From NCBI GenBank assembly GCA_030141605.1, contig JAQGDQ010000055.1, forward strand, positions 62,001-126,000: 64,000 nucleotides of DNA. Direction: 5' to 3'. The stretch comes from Tubiluchus corallicola. Its lineage: Eukaryota; Animalia; Priapulida. Positions 38,173 through 52,200 of the stretch are shown here, in pieces (position 1 is the stretch's first letter; each line of letters opens with the position of its first letter). The notes under the pieces were generated by a model. The model searched no databases and had not been told where the DNA came from. It saw only the letters and a list, made by a program, of their open reading frames with translations. A program made the translations under genes and the position numbers.

Positions 38173-39614
38173 GAGCGAGTAATCACTGTAATAAACAAAA
38201 CAATGTATTATTTTTGATTCTAACAAAATTATGCCAGTGTTTAAGTTCTTACATAAACAGACACGTAAAAAATAATGATTAAGGCGACATAAACGGTTTA
38301 CATGTTCAATTCAAATGAATCAAATTCAATTGGACAAAACTAATGTATGAAATGTAACATTTACTCAACTTAATGGTGGCTGGGTTCAGCAGTACTGTCC
38401 GTGAAGATGGATTCTGTAAGCAATGCTCCTACAACATACTCGATCATGTATCCCTACCACGCTTCACACCACTTGTATCTTACCACCCGTTTCAACAATG
38501 GACATATTTCATTAGCAAACTGAATTAAAACAACAGTGGTGTAGAAAGTGGTACCTATCAAACAGTACGTGATCCAGTAAATCATACAGAATACAGAGTT
38601 GTGAAAAATGGGTTGTCTTCTAGGAACAGGATAAAAAATTTCTTTTTCAGAATTTTGTTCATCTAAGATGTCCAAAAACACAGCCATGATGTAGTTATGT
38701 GAACGAGACACATTCTAAATTAAATTCTAAATGAAAATGTTTGTCAAACTAAAATAGTAACAGTGCAAAATTGTTAGGCTATTATTTGGTCACAACACCA
38801 CATTTGCTCGCAGAGCAGAATGAAAATTACTTAACGTGGAAGCCAAATTAATTTGACCATTTATTTTCCCATGCCATGTAGAGGTTCACACCTGTTTTGA
38901 AAACACTGTCATCCAATATTGGTTGTCTATGGTTGAAAAATCCAAAGCAGCATAGAATTGGATAGAAATGTCTATTTATATAAGGTTTATTTGCGATTCA
39001 CTAAAACATGCGTACGTGAACCTGAAGACTGATGTGAATTGCACCCACTTGAAAATCAAGTTTGTAATGATGTTAAAGATGAATGTCACTTTTTTGTACT
39101 GCTCAACACATAACGATGGACATAACTTTGAACGAAGTTTCTCAGTATGTTCCTACTTTTAATTCTTTGATTGAAAATGAAAAACTGTTCAGTCTGATGC
39201 AGCCTAAAAAACACTGTCATACAACGTGCTGTGGCATAATTAATCCGAACATGTGTGTAATCTATTCTATGCAATGTTTATTATTGTTTTGATCGGCCCT
39301 GTTGGCCATATGTCAATAAACTATCTATCTATCTCCTATCAAGTTTAGTCGTCTTGGTGAACCTCTTTTTTCTTTTAGTCCAGCTTTTTTCCTGACATTT
39401 CTGTATGTAATTTCCACACACTATAACTGTATGTAATTTTGTCACGTCCGACTGTCACATTCAGCGACAACCATCTTGTAAGGGTTAATGCCATCCATTC
39501 TAGTGGATAAAAAACTACCGTACTATTGTGGCATGGACTTCAGCTGGAAATATCTTTCTGATACTTGCAACTCAATTCATCTTTGGGCCACACTTTCATT
39601 AGGTTGACAAACCT

Positions 39615-39682
39615 CTTCGCGGCCGCACAAGATCTCTCGGTGGGCTGAAAGCGGCCCGTGGGCCGCAGTTTGCACACCCCTG
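39615..39682. mobile_element. Isolated hAT (Charlie-like) terminus
   Basis: GCGGCCCGTGGGCCGCAGTTTGCACACCCCTG is a typical hAT end with a GGGCC palindrome; partner end not found. Confidence 0.5.
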
Positions 39683-39689
39683 GTTTAGC

Positions 39690-41790
39690 TACTCAAACCT
39701 TTTGTGCTCGAATTTTGCACTAAACTGGTCTGGGCTCCTGGTCTAATAGTTATGACCATTCTATGACAACAGCACATTCCACATTTCTCTGTTCCAAAAA
39801 ATCTGTTCTCTGTTTTAAAATATTATTTATGGCACTTGCAGCCAAAGCCTGCTAGGACACTCTTCCTAGCAAACTGCCCATACCCTACTAGTCCTAACCA
39901 TCCTGTCGTGGAGGTCATATCTTCCATTTTACACGACCCTCTACTACCTCCCCATCATCTCCACTATCTTTGGAGCCAGATGCAGTTAATTTTAATCCTG
40001 GCGCAGTCACTGCTTTCAGTGGGGCATCCCATGATTTTCCTATAATGAAGGACACATGAATATTTTCATCTGCATCTACAGCTTACATGTATGTACACAT
40101 CCCATAACCAACAGTCTATTCTTCACTGAAATGACGAAATTCTATAGACTTAGGTTCATTTAGTTCAGTAGACTTAAGGTTGTGCGAAATTTTCAATTGC
40201 TATAATGCATCATGCAAGTCTGTTCACTACTTCTGCCATCGGAATTTAAGATCCTTTGGTATTGCTTCATCCCAATCTATGTTTTGGCAACAAAGTTCTT
40301 GAAGTATTCTTTTCCCTGGAGCTGAGAAGCCTAGGCTTATCATATATGAAACCAGTCGTAGATAGAATACTTTGCCTAGTTAAAGGTTATCCTGCAAGAA
40401 AATTCTGAATTCCAGTATATCACTTTCTATACACCAGATTACCCCCAATGTTCTTTCAATAGGCAGAGGATCACAATGTATGTTTGTTTCACGAATTCTC
40501 TTTTCCCTATATGCAAATGGAATAGCTTCAATAACATGTTTGCTATTTGAGATGAAGTTGTGCAAACGAAATCCATCCTGTTTACACACTTCCTTTGCAG
40601 AATTAATTAGTTTTACTGCTGCCTCTACTGTATTTACTGATTTGAGTCCATCATCCACATAAAAGCCTTTGCTTAGATTGTCTTTTGCTGTTTGTTTTAA
40701 GGTGGAATTGGCGCATCAAGGCGAAGAGACTGCGCCGAATGGGTGTACAGTCATCCTATATTCCTTTGGCTCTTTTGTCGTGTTTCCATCTTGCCGCCAT
40801 AGGAACCTAAGGAAATTTCTGTGCATCAGATCCACACGAACTTGATAAAACATTGCTTGTACGTCCCTGAGAAAAGCTACAGGTTCCCAGCAGAATGTTA
40901 GCAGAACACCTATTAAATTATTTGTTAGATCGTGACCTTGAAAAAGATGTTGATTCAATGAAGTCTGTTCAAAAACTGCACTACAGTCAAACACATAGCG
41001 AAACTTGACAGGCTTCTTTAAATGTCGTACACTATGGTGGGGTGTGTTCCAGGTTTTGCCTTTAGACAAAGTATGCACATCTATTTCAGGTATTTCTTCT
41101 GCATACCCGTTTACGATCATGTCTTTCTTGTATGCCACATAATTTTCCATGTATTTGCTGTTTCTGTCCAATTTTGCTTTCAGTTGATTGAGACGACATA
41201 CAGCCATTTTTCTATTATTTGGTAGACTAACATTTTCTTCATGAAATGGCAATGGTAACTCATAGTGACCATCTACAGATAGATGAATTGCATATTCAAC
41301 AATATTTAAAAACCTTCAATCATCCTTTGCGATGGCATTTCAAGTATTTTTTCACTTGCTCAAACATAGATCTTATCATTTGTGGAGTCACTACTGGATA
41401 TATAACTTCATTTGTCACTGTAGGTTCCACAACGTTTACCCCTGCAGTATTATTTTTAGTAAAACTTGCAGTTTTTCCGGTTCTGTGGGCTTTCATATGG
41501 AAGCTACTGGCGGTTCCTGCCTACTCTCTTTTCCAGTTTGGCTTTCAGATGTTTTATCTTTTGACGGAGGGATACTGAGTGCTGAAGGACCTTGTTGCCA
41601 GTAGTTTGAGTCTGATTCACAGTTGATAATACCAGCTTTATCTCCTGTTAATTTTTCCTGGCTTGTTGCTGCTCTGCATCACTTCAGATACCATCGCCTA
41701 CTTCCTTTGTAGGCCATGATTCCGGCTTTTCTCTGTTACAGTGAAATCTCATCCAGTTCTGGACGTGCTTTGTCTTGTGATCACACTAAG
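39690..41790 (-). mobile_element. Decayed, internally deleted BEL/Pao LTR retrotransposon
   Basis: LPNNRKMA..RL, PHHSV..KP.KFRYVFDCSA..SLNQHLFQG.DLTNNLIGVL, DVQAMFYQVRV..FLRFLW, EYRM.VH.FGAVSSP, FYVDDGLKSV and ERTLGVIW are BEL/Pao RT and Peptidase_A17 motifs; many frameshifts. Confidence 0.9.
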
Positions 41791-42443
41791 TACAACAAAA
41801 TAACTTAATGTTGGAGCAAGTAATGACTATGTTTCAACAGACAGGATTTCTGAAAAAAAACAAAACTATTATAGTATTATTTTATCTACTTTTTTCTTTT
41901 ACAAAAGAACAAAAAGAAAAACATTTCAGCTGGGTGCAGTTTAGGGCCATACCCAAGTCCAATCATAACTAATGTAAAGTTAATGTGTGGTTGTATTCGA
42001 ATATTGAGTTCATCGCACATGAATCTACATGCATTGCTTCTGTTTTGAAGCAAATAAGGATAAGACGTGAAGGTGTTTGTCCCGCTATTGTGAAGATATT
42101 TCTATCCATAACAGTGCTGAACATTACACTATGAATGGAATAACAAAGCTTTCATAATGTTGCCATAACTTTTTCACAGACATACATAAAGAACACTTAT
42201 GGAGCCAGTTAACATAGCAAAAGCTTGTTCATAATGTTAGCCATTGTTTTTTTTAAATATTTCCCAATATTGAACATGGATATTGAATATGAACTGGAAA
42301 TTCTTAAACAGATTTCAATCTTGTCCACATACATTTCTTGATAAAATCTTTCTCTATATATGTGGAAGTAAATGAAAAATAACAATTTCTATAAGAAGAG
42401 CCATTTTGCTTGTCAGCCAATTCGTCTGTCTGTCAATCAATCT

Positions 42444-42536
42444 GGCTTGGTATTCTTGGCGTTATTGTCAGCGTGGCATTCTTGGCGACTTGGCATTTTT
42501 GGTGGCGTGGTGTTCTTGGCGGCTTAGCATTCTTGG
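42444..42536. repeat. Degenerate tandem repeat, about 18-bp unit (GCTTGGCATTCTTGGCG-like)
   Basis: About five imperfect units containing TTCTTGG(C). Confidence 0.7.
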
Positions 42537-44175
42537 TTTAGAGCCTTGTTGAGGGGCAGCGATGCAGTGATAAGAGTGCAGTGATGAAAGTGAGTGTGAT
42601 GTAAGCCTCATGTAAGAGTTGTGTGTGTTCCACATTAGAAGTGTTCCAACATTTCTTGATGTTCTTACACGGAACACCTACCCTTTTAAGGGCTATTTTT
42701 AAGATACACTGACTTTTTGCTTTTCTTGGGGCAAGAGTGTGGACTGATTAATCAGCTTATCAATTTATTCTTTGACATGCAGATATGGGTAACTATCCGA
42801 TTTGTTACCAATCCTCTTGGGCTAAAAGCTAATTTGGCAAAAAGTTTGTCACTGTGCACTGTGCAGTCCATATGGTTTTCTTGTTGTTTTGTTGAACTTA
42901 AATTGCATCAGTTTAGATGGACCATCAGTTGTGAATATGAAACGTTATCTCTCTCATGTATGTTATTGTAAAAATAATTACTATTCGTTTGCTATTTAAT
43001 AACTTTTATGCAACTTTTCTTTTATGTAAAATTTACCAGTTGTGCTTAACATAAATAGGTAAAAATATAGCCTGCTTATTACTGCTTTAAATTTGTTTTG
43101 TACAGATCTTCTATGACATCTTTAAATATATTATGCTTGCTATAGTAATAAAGTGGTACATGTATGTTTTATCTCAGTTGATTATAAATCTGACGAAGTG
43201 AGGACTGAGTAATAATGTCAGTAGCTGGCAGTAGAGGGCAGCACACAGCAGTAGTTCGTGCAGTTTTAGCTATAGTATGAAGTGTGTATGAAGTAAAACA
43301 CTAAACTAGTAGTATATTAAAGTTGTACTGTCGAACTAGCGTTTTATCACTTTTATTATAAATATTGCAAATTGTTATTTTCACACTAGTTTCTGTGTAC
43401 AGGGTGGTACTTAATATATGTGCTGCGGATGTACAGAAACAGCTTATACCATGGTATAGAACAATTCATTACGTCAGTCTTAATGGATTTCTGGGTTTTT
43501 TACTAAATAAGTGCGAAAAATCTAGGACTATCTAAGCCAAAAACATAAAACACTGCTTGATTTTGCTAATTTTTGCATGACTGACGGTTAGTGGGCTGCT
43601 TACTTCTTTATTTACAGCTTATGGGAGACTCCTTCCTTCTTTCCTTCTTCCCTTCTCTCTTCACTCCTCTGATGGACTTGGATTTCGGATAATGCTGTTG
43701 AGACCGAGTCTGTGCCTGAAATATTCAATCGTTTGAGAAGTACACAAAACTTCCATCACTAGCTTTGTGAGCAATGGTCATTGGTCATCTATCTTAGATC
43801 GCCCCATGCGTGAGGTCTTGACTAAGTCCTACATCTTTAATTTGCTCTCGTCGCTACTATATTGTCCTGAGGCAGTACAGTATAATGTATTTCCTTGCAA
43901 ATATGGGGCTAGGTAGTATTTTGAGCTTTGTATGTATGTAATTTTCTGTGTTTGTATAACTGTATTATTATACGTATATTATAAATTTGAATAAAAGATT
44001 TATAATAATGATTTCGTCAGTAGTTCCACCTTACCAAATGACACAAAGGTCAAAGATGGACCTGCTCAGTGAATTAATTTTCTGAGAGACTACGGTCCTG
44101 CTTCCCTTGTCTGCATGCTTCCCTTGCTGGTGTAACCTATAAATTTTGTTTTGTGGTATTACCTCTTCATGACAT

Positions 44176-44799
44176 TTAAAGGACAAGAAAAGGGGTACCT
44201 GAAGTACGTTTCAGAAAAATCACTTAAAAATGATACAAAATTTGCAGTAATTTTATGCACATATCGTACTCCTGTTGAAAGGAATTTTTGTTTATTTTCA
44301 TTTTAAATCTCCCGCAATGCAGTTCCGACGGTGCCATTACATGCCATTTACGCAAGCGCAAATCAGGGGAAGAAAAGGCAATGTTAAATTATGTCCCAAA
44401 AACTTTTCATACAAATCTATATTACTTAGTATTTCGCTTACCTGTTGGAAAGCCTTGTGTAACTTATGTATGCTCACCCTCTAGGGTGCACCACTCATTA
44501 ACCAAAAACGTATTTTTAGTCTTATTGACAAGATACAGTAATTTAATATTTTACTTTACTTAGTAACATGTACGCTACGAATGCTCTGATTATTTTTTCA
44601 AACTTTGCTCAATGTTATCTAAACTTGTTTCAAATGACCTACCATCAAAATGGCTGCGCCTAACGGTCATTGCGGAAATTTAAATTTACAAGTTTTATAC
44701 AGTGTTACGGCCGACGCAAGCCCTGCAAAAAGTAAGTGATAAAATTTCAAGATGATTTTTTTAAGCTTTATATAAGTGGAAGGTTTTCTTGTGCTTTAA
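44176..44799 (+). mobile_element. TTAA-flanked MITE family B (Kolobok-like), copy 1
   Basis: TTAA|AGGACAAGAAAA ... TTTTCTTGTGCT|TTAA; interior homologous to 60137-60814. Confidence 0.8.
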
Positions 44800-45344
44800 G
44801 CCTCCTTCCCAGGCACAAACAATGTAAATGTTGCACTGTTGATGAGTCCTTGACGTTCTAGGATGGCTCTGGGAACTGGTCAACAGAAGTTGCAGGGGCT
44901 AAGCTGCCCAAACCATACATGACTACCACAAGCAGACCTGAGGTCACAGTTCTATGATTTTATAGACTATGATAAAGTTAAATGGTCAAATATTTGACTG
45001 CTCAATTTGTATGAAAATAAAACCTAGAATTGCCATTGGGCGGTGGGCATGGAATGGCGCTAACGTTGCAGTATTATTACCCAAGTCGGCGGTAGATGGC
45101 GCACGTGAGGCACTTAATTGTGACTCTGCCAGTGTGTATCTGTCTGCACAATTTCACCAGAACCAATAGTATATAATTACAACCTTGGCCCTGGGATAGA
45201 TCCCTGAAAGCCCATTACTTTTTGAGTCAGAAGGTCAAAGGTTAAGCCGACAAGGTTGCAGCATGTCAAAACAAAACAGATGAAGCTAGAATCAGCAACC
45301 TTGGTACAGGACAAGTTCTGGACTAAAGCCTGGAAACCCATGGC

Positions 45345-45748
45345 TTTTTGTTTAAAAAGTCCAAAATTGAAGTACGGTGCTACTGTAAGATATTCAGTGT
45401 GTTGGTGTTGCACTAAAACTAGGCAAGTTTTTAAGATAAAATTTCAAATTTACCACTGTACTCACGCATGAACTGTCGAACGTGTGTAGTTCGTCACAAA
45501 CTAACACATCTGAACCGAGAGGTACAGCTCCTGTTTTTTGTGCAACGAGTTTCCGAAATGCAGGTGCTAGTGCCCGTCTAACCAGCGAATGGCGAAATAC
45601 ATGGAACAGCGAACGTGAAATTGTGTTTGTCTGGTAATAATGCTTTCACCTAAGTCATTTTTGAAAAAATAGTACGTTTCCTTTCAATATTTTAAAGAGT
45701 AGATTGTTTTGGCCTACAGTTTAAGATTGGGTCCGGTTTTGCATTTAA
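45345..45748 (+). mobile_element. TTAA-flanked MITE family A, 5'-truncated copy
   Basis: Shares TAAGATATTCAGTGTGTTG, TTCCGAAATGCAGG.GCTAGTGCCCGTCTAAC and the 3' terminus TAAGATTGGGTC. Confidence 0.75.
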
Positions 45749-46889
45749 CTGTGCAAAACTGTAAAGGATGGGCTGCCGCCTGTTGTCATTTAGCACTGCC
45801 TACTTTTGCTGGCTGGCTGTTGGTAGACTCAAGCAAATGGAAGACTACTGTGGAAATTTGGAAGCTGGGCCAAGCATTAACAATCTTTAATGGGCACATA
45901 AATCTTTCTTTGGTGGGCTGCAAGCTTCCTGGTTTTATGGTGGCTGATATCTATTTCCAGTTGCGCGGCTTACTTGCGTGTGTTCCAGAAATGGTGTAAC
46001 GGAGACGCGCAGAAAGAGAGGAAAATAATCTTATAGGCCATAAGACGAGCATTATTTATATGCCTCATGCAGATATTAGTTAATGGGGTTTGGGGAGATG
46101 TTGGAGCCTGTAAAGATAATTACTAAGCCGTATTTTGCAGCCCTTTTAAGATAGAGCAAGCGTGTGATGTATTCTTACCATACACGGGACTTCTTTAAGA
46201 GTTTCAAGAGTTTATTCATTTCCACACTGCATTTACTATAATCACTAAAATACAGGTAATTGTCCAGTAAAGTAAATATAAATACAAATGCAATATAGTC
46301 CAGATAATACACAACAAGTAGAGTCTTTAGTAGCTAGCATATACACGTGTAAATTACAATACACAGTACGTCGAATCTTAAAAAGGATTAATAAGTGAGA
46401 TAATGATAATATATACATGGATGCAGGGGGAGTAGTGAGTGAACGATGAAATGGAGCGAAAACTAAAAAACCGTGATCATGATTATTAAAGTGGTCAGTA
46501 ACCTGTTGAACATAGTCATGTTTTATTAGGATTACAGTGGAAAAAGATTGCAAGTGATCACCATTATCAAGTTGCGTTACTTTCAATACTTTTGAAACAT
46601 TTCTTTTCCAAGGATTTTTTAAAAAGTTGAAAGGGAGTGCTTGCATTTTGAATTGCAGCTTACTCTGTTCCATAGGACTGGTCCCACATAGCTAATGAAA
46701 TGTTTTGCCATATTTGTTCTACAACGTGTTCTTCTACTTCGGGAATGCCAAGACCTGCAAGATTGATGCGGTGCTAAGTAATCAGCACTTAAAGAGAGGC
46801 TTTTTTACTAAAGTCTCGCCATTACTAATCCTTATCGCCTCAAGTAATCTTTGTTACGCATTTGCGCCCAGAAAGTTAATTCTGGTAAT

Positions 46890-47165
46890 GTAAAATTTAT
46901 TTATGTAGCGCGCTACGTTATTTAAAATCTCAGCACGCTAAACAATAAAATACATTTAAAATTCACAAGGTACATAAAGTTTAAAAGACATTAAAAATTA
47001 AAAATAATTCATCATAAAGTACATTTAAACAAATGGGTTTTAAGATGTTGTTAAAACAATCTATTGAATGTGTAAAACGTATAGCAACAGGTAAGTTATT
47101 CCACAGATGCGGAGCACAGACAGAAAAAGCTTTTTCGCTATAGAATACTGTATTAGGAATTTGTT
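46890..47165 (-). mobile_element. L2-clade LINE 3' end
   Basis: YSEKAFSVCAPHLWNNLPVAIR..FNNILK followed on the minus strand by AGCGTGCTGAG..AGCGCGCTACATAAAT, an L2-type 3' tail. Confidence 0.75.
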
Positions 47166-47609
47166 GACGTAAGAAATGTATCGCCGAGGTGCATCTCTGT
47201 GGGCGCAACCAACCAACCAACCGTGTTTTTCGTTATATGGTCTGGTTTTCGTTAGCACCGTGATTCCGCGCTGATAATAACAAGTGAGCAACGTGTTTTT
47301 TTATGTCAGAGTGACACATTTAGAAGGAGACTTCTTTTAAATTGGCAAATTTAACAGTACAACTAATTTAACTCTAATGTCGATAACTAGTTAACGGTCG
47401 CCTTTCCCTGTTATCATAAGGGCGTCGAAATTACTTGTCCTTGTTACCTTAGTAACAACCCATTAGTTTTGTGTGAAACGAAGCAAGTTAAAATAAGGAT
47501 ACTTAATATCAGAGTTACCGGTTTCTGTTAGCGTAGTGATTCCCGTATTCACGTCATCATCAAATTTGTGACATCAAAGTGACACCGTGTATAGTTTAGT
47601 TCAGAGTAA

Positions 47610-47660
47610 GATGATGATGATAATGATGATAATGATGACGATTATCATGATTATGATAAG
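47610..47660. repeat. Degenerate (GAT)n microsatellite
   Basis: Directly visible. Confidence 0.8.
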
Positions 47661-49286
47661 TCTTTCTTAGTTTCATTTTGCAGGCAAAAATTTCTATACA
47701 AACATTATACAATTTTTCCAATGACGGCGAATTCTACAATATTACATGTTACTCACTCTGTAATTAGTTTTTTTAATTTGTGCGTATTTAACATTATTTA
47801 CAGTGATGTTAAACAAAGAGTATTAAAGTAAGTGCTAAAAATCAAGGTTATTAATGAAGAAAGTTTCCTGTCTAGTAACATAAAAATGCACATAAATTAA
47901 CATGTTAAATTATTAAATTCGCTATTCAATGTTATAGTCTACAAAGAGTTACAACCAATAATCTCAAAACTACACAATTTAAGCCCTATTTTACTAAACT
48001 TCCGCTGCAAGATCTTAAAATAAAAGGTTCTTTTACAAAGTAAGTTAATGCTGATATTAAATTTACATTTTTGGTGCAATACACAAGATTTAGATTGTCA
48101 TTTCCCATTTCATTTAGTAATACATGTCGCCCGGTTGCCCCAACTCGAGGACATCTATAAAAATAGGAGTTTGAATTTATTTTTTACTTGTATCAAAAAA
48201 AATTGAATTTAATGCCAAATAGCTCTAAAGAGAGGGAGAGAGCCTGTCCTGATAGTGCACTGTTAACACTAATTTATGTCTAATTTATTGCAGTCAGAAA
48301 GATTGCATTACGCTTAAAGCTTAGTGGGTATTGATTGATTTGCTCTTACCTGTGATTTTGCATTAATTGTGCTGTGAAAATAATCCAGTCAAAAGTAGTC
48401 ATCAGAGAAACATTAATAATACACTTTATTAACAAAATTCAAATTTAACTGTTGCACTTTACATTTCAAATTAAGTTACAAATCATAACAAAAGTAATCA
48501 CATAATTCACAGCACTTTAAATAATCTCACATATAGGCCTAGTTAGAAAACAAGAAAAAATGGGACCACCTTGTGTTGGACCTGCTGATAGGTGGTCACC
48601 GATCAGCGGTGACACTTCCTTTTTATAGGCAAGGTTAACTAAACGCATGGTTACACATGCATGAACGAAGCATACGATCTAAGTAACATTGTAAGGCCAC
48701 CAAAGAAGCCAGGCTTGGTTTAAAGCGGATTTTCCGACAACTTGGTCACTTTAAAAATAATTTTACATACGACTATTGTCTCCATAAAGGCCAATTGTGA
48801 GTTACAGGAAGATGCAGAAAAATAGGATAATAAACTAAAATTTAATAACAGTTACTTTATAGCAATTACAATTATAGTCTACAGTACACTAAAAATGCAC
48901 TAGTAAAACAATGGCATTCAAGATTAGACGGGTGTTTTTGTTCACGCATGGTCCTTACAAATCCAACTTAATGGTTTGGTAAAGCAATAGATGAGAAGAC
49001 TGTTTTACTAATACTAACTAACTACTCAGTTTCTATCACAAGTGTCAAGATTTTGTATTCACATTAACATCTTGGTGTGGAGAAATGTGAATTAATTATT
49101 CTGAATCGCAAGAAACTCCTGAATCTTGTACTCTTGCAAATCGTTTTGAATGTTTTCCCAACCCCTGTGTGTAGAATTGGATTCACCCGGAAATCCGCTG
49201 GCGTCCCAACTGCTGCTATAGTTTTACTGGGTTCACACCAAGCGCTCAGTTACGAGGTGTGAAAACTTTCAGAGAGGAAGTACAGC

Positions 49287-52200
49287 ATGGCGCGTTCGTG
49301 CGCCGTACGCACTGTACTAATAATTATTGTGCTTGTAAGCGTGAAATATACGCAAGAAGAGGTACTGACACCTCCATATTTCAACTTGGCCGAAGGAAGA
49401 CCAATAGAAGCTTCTGCAACGTGTGGAGAAGGAGTTAGTGAACCGGAAGCTTACTGCAAACTTACTGGAGCAAATCCGGAGGACCTGTTTTTCAGACACG
49501 AATCTGTCGTCAAGGTAATAAACCTGCTTACATAAATATTTGTACAGTTTAGTCATTCACAAAAAGGTAATTTACCTGCTATTAATTTCTGGCCTACCAA
49601 TGTAATTCAATTTTTGTCGTTTGAGTAAAACGTGGCTTCGTACTGTGTGTTAAACCTTGTACCAATGCACAGTTTTATTTAATTATATGCATGCGTCGGA
49701 TAACTTTACGTGGTTTATATGTCATATTTAGGTGTGCTGACTCTATTTGTCAATGTTTGAAATCTGTGAAATAAAAAACTCGGATATTTTTTGTCTGGGC
49801 CTGCATTGCCCTCTGTGATATTTATTTTGAATTTCGGGGATAGATGTTAAAAATTGTCATCATCATCTTCATCGATCGTATCATCCAGTTACATCTATCG
49901 TAGAATCTGGGCAGGCAGAATTCTAAATCAAACGAAATCTGCCTTCAAGACAGGTAAACACAGCAGTAAAATTAGACATTGCTGTGCCAGTGGCTTATCA
50001 GCACCGCTTCCGAACCAGTTAAAATTTACTTGGTGTGGAAAATTGCTTAATGAGGAACTGATTTTTCTTTTCTCTCATCATTTCTTTCATACACACAGTT
50101 GTAATAAGCAATGACCTTTGTCAAAAGGTCAAGGTCAGTGGTCTATTTAACCTTTAGAGTTCGATGAAATGAAAATGCTTAAGCCAGTACACTTACAGTC
50201 ACAAAAAAGACACTTCAAAGTTGATTGCTCAATAGTCAAACGGGCAAACAGGAGGCAATCTCGACTTCTAATCAGTAATGTGAGTTAGTGAGCACAAAGA
50301 CGCAAGACATCTCTAAGGAAACAAAATAACAGCAACACACTCAATGCTTGTATGTAACCATGAAAGAGTGCCGTCAGAGTCTAAATAGGCATATAAGTGC
50401 ATTTCAAAAAACTGTAAGAAGTTGGCAACTAGGGTAATTTATATTTCCTGATAAAGGATACATTTTAGTGGGGTTATTTTATTGTTGAATGGGTAGTTTA
50501 AGGTCAAATATCAATTTTCCAAAAAATGTAAACTAGTGAAATAGTGCGTGCATAACATTCAGAGCAATAAAACTGGTTTATAATTAAATATGCATCCAAA
50601 AATCTTCACTGTTTCGCATCAGGTAGCATGCTTGCAATGCCATAGACCAGTGCCTGTCAGCTAAGTCTTGTTACTTTGTAGTAGCTGTAGCTGTGGAGTC
50701 TGTATCAGTATGCTTTTTGGCAGGGACAATTATGCGACGTCTGTGACATCAGTGATCCAGAAAAGCAACATCCACCTCATTATGCAACAGATGGATCGCA
50801 GCGATGGTGGCAAAGTCCTCCACTTTCCCGGGGCATGGAGTACAATGAGATTAATGTTACGATTGATCTGGGACAGGTGAGTTGAAAACAATAGCTTTTA
50901 CCTATACATGTATATTTTAGAGATAAAGTGACTTATTTTCTGTAAATCACTAATCAATATTTAGGACTTACTGACGTTTGTAAAAATAACTGGTATCAGT
51001 TTAGCACCTGGGATCAAAAATTCACACATCACATAGTATTTTATTTAACTCTTTATTTTTATCGGTATTTATAAAGCCAGTTTATGCACCTAATCTTTTC
51101 AGTTGTATTGGATTAAGTAATTCCCCAAATTGTTTTTCTACTACTGTAACTTTAACCAGAATTTGACAATAAATTGTTTTTATTTGGAACTGTTTCTCAT
51201 TTTTGAAACAGAAAGAGTTAAACTAATTGCTTTACATTTTTGATAGAAAGGTCTTAAAAATAACCAAAAATGGAAAAACCTTGATCCCTGACCGTTTCTG
51301 TTGGACAACAAAGTTTTGTGGTATGCTGGTCATTTTTGTGGTGTCAAACCTAGTTGATTACATAATTGCTTTCTGCACATGTTGCTTTCACCACCATTCT
51401 GATCATCTTTGTGATCTTGATGTGATTTTCAGTTGACTTGAAATTTCTTTCTGTAATGAGAAATGTTGAAATCATGTGCTAACTAATGCTATAATGCAGC
51501 CTGGGCATTTGTCTTAAGGAAACCCTATAATCGCCCTTATTCAGTGGCTTCAGCAGCAAGCTGCATGATGGCTTGCTTTGTTTGAGAGTTGAGTACGACG
51601 TGGGGCGTGGTGTGAACAGCAGCTGTAACTGATAACGGCTTTGGCTTACTGAACAGTCTGGGAATGTAGTGGGAAGGCTAAGGTTCTTCAGCAAATCATT
51701 ATCACTGGTTAAAGAAACATGATGCTTACGCAAGGACGTGTAGACCTGTACTTGATGTCATGCAACGTAACTTTAATAAATGCACGGGAACAATTCTTAG
51801 TATTAATAATATTAAAAATTGTACAGCACATTATTTGTTGATGTAAATTATAAATAATCTTGTATTTTCACATGTGCTCTATTGTTTGCCTGTGTATAAT
51901 AATGCTGCATATGTTCACTTAAAACAAAATTCAAAAGATCACAAATTTTGCACCTAGGGTTATGTCGAACCGTCGAAAATATGACCACGTATGTGACGTT
52001 ATTTTATATTTGAAACTTTTATATGTTAAAGAATTAGCTATGTTTGCAAATGTTTGCTTGCTCCACAAAATATTAGTCACTAAACAACCAACTTACCTCT
52101 ATAATCAGCTAAATTTCAATTGTAAATCAGATTCTGGTACAAGACAGTTTATAGTCTGGGCTAGCAAGCATTACAATTAGTATGTAAAATTAATGTAACC

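Noticed and set aside
43188-43215. Hammerhead core CTGACGA-AGTGAGGACT-GAG
   Set aside because: The GAAA box is missing and no stem I or III pairing is evident.
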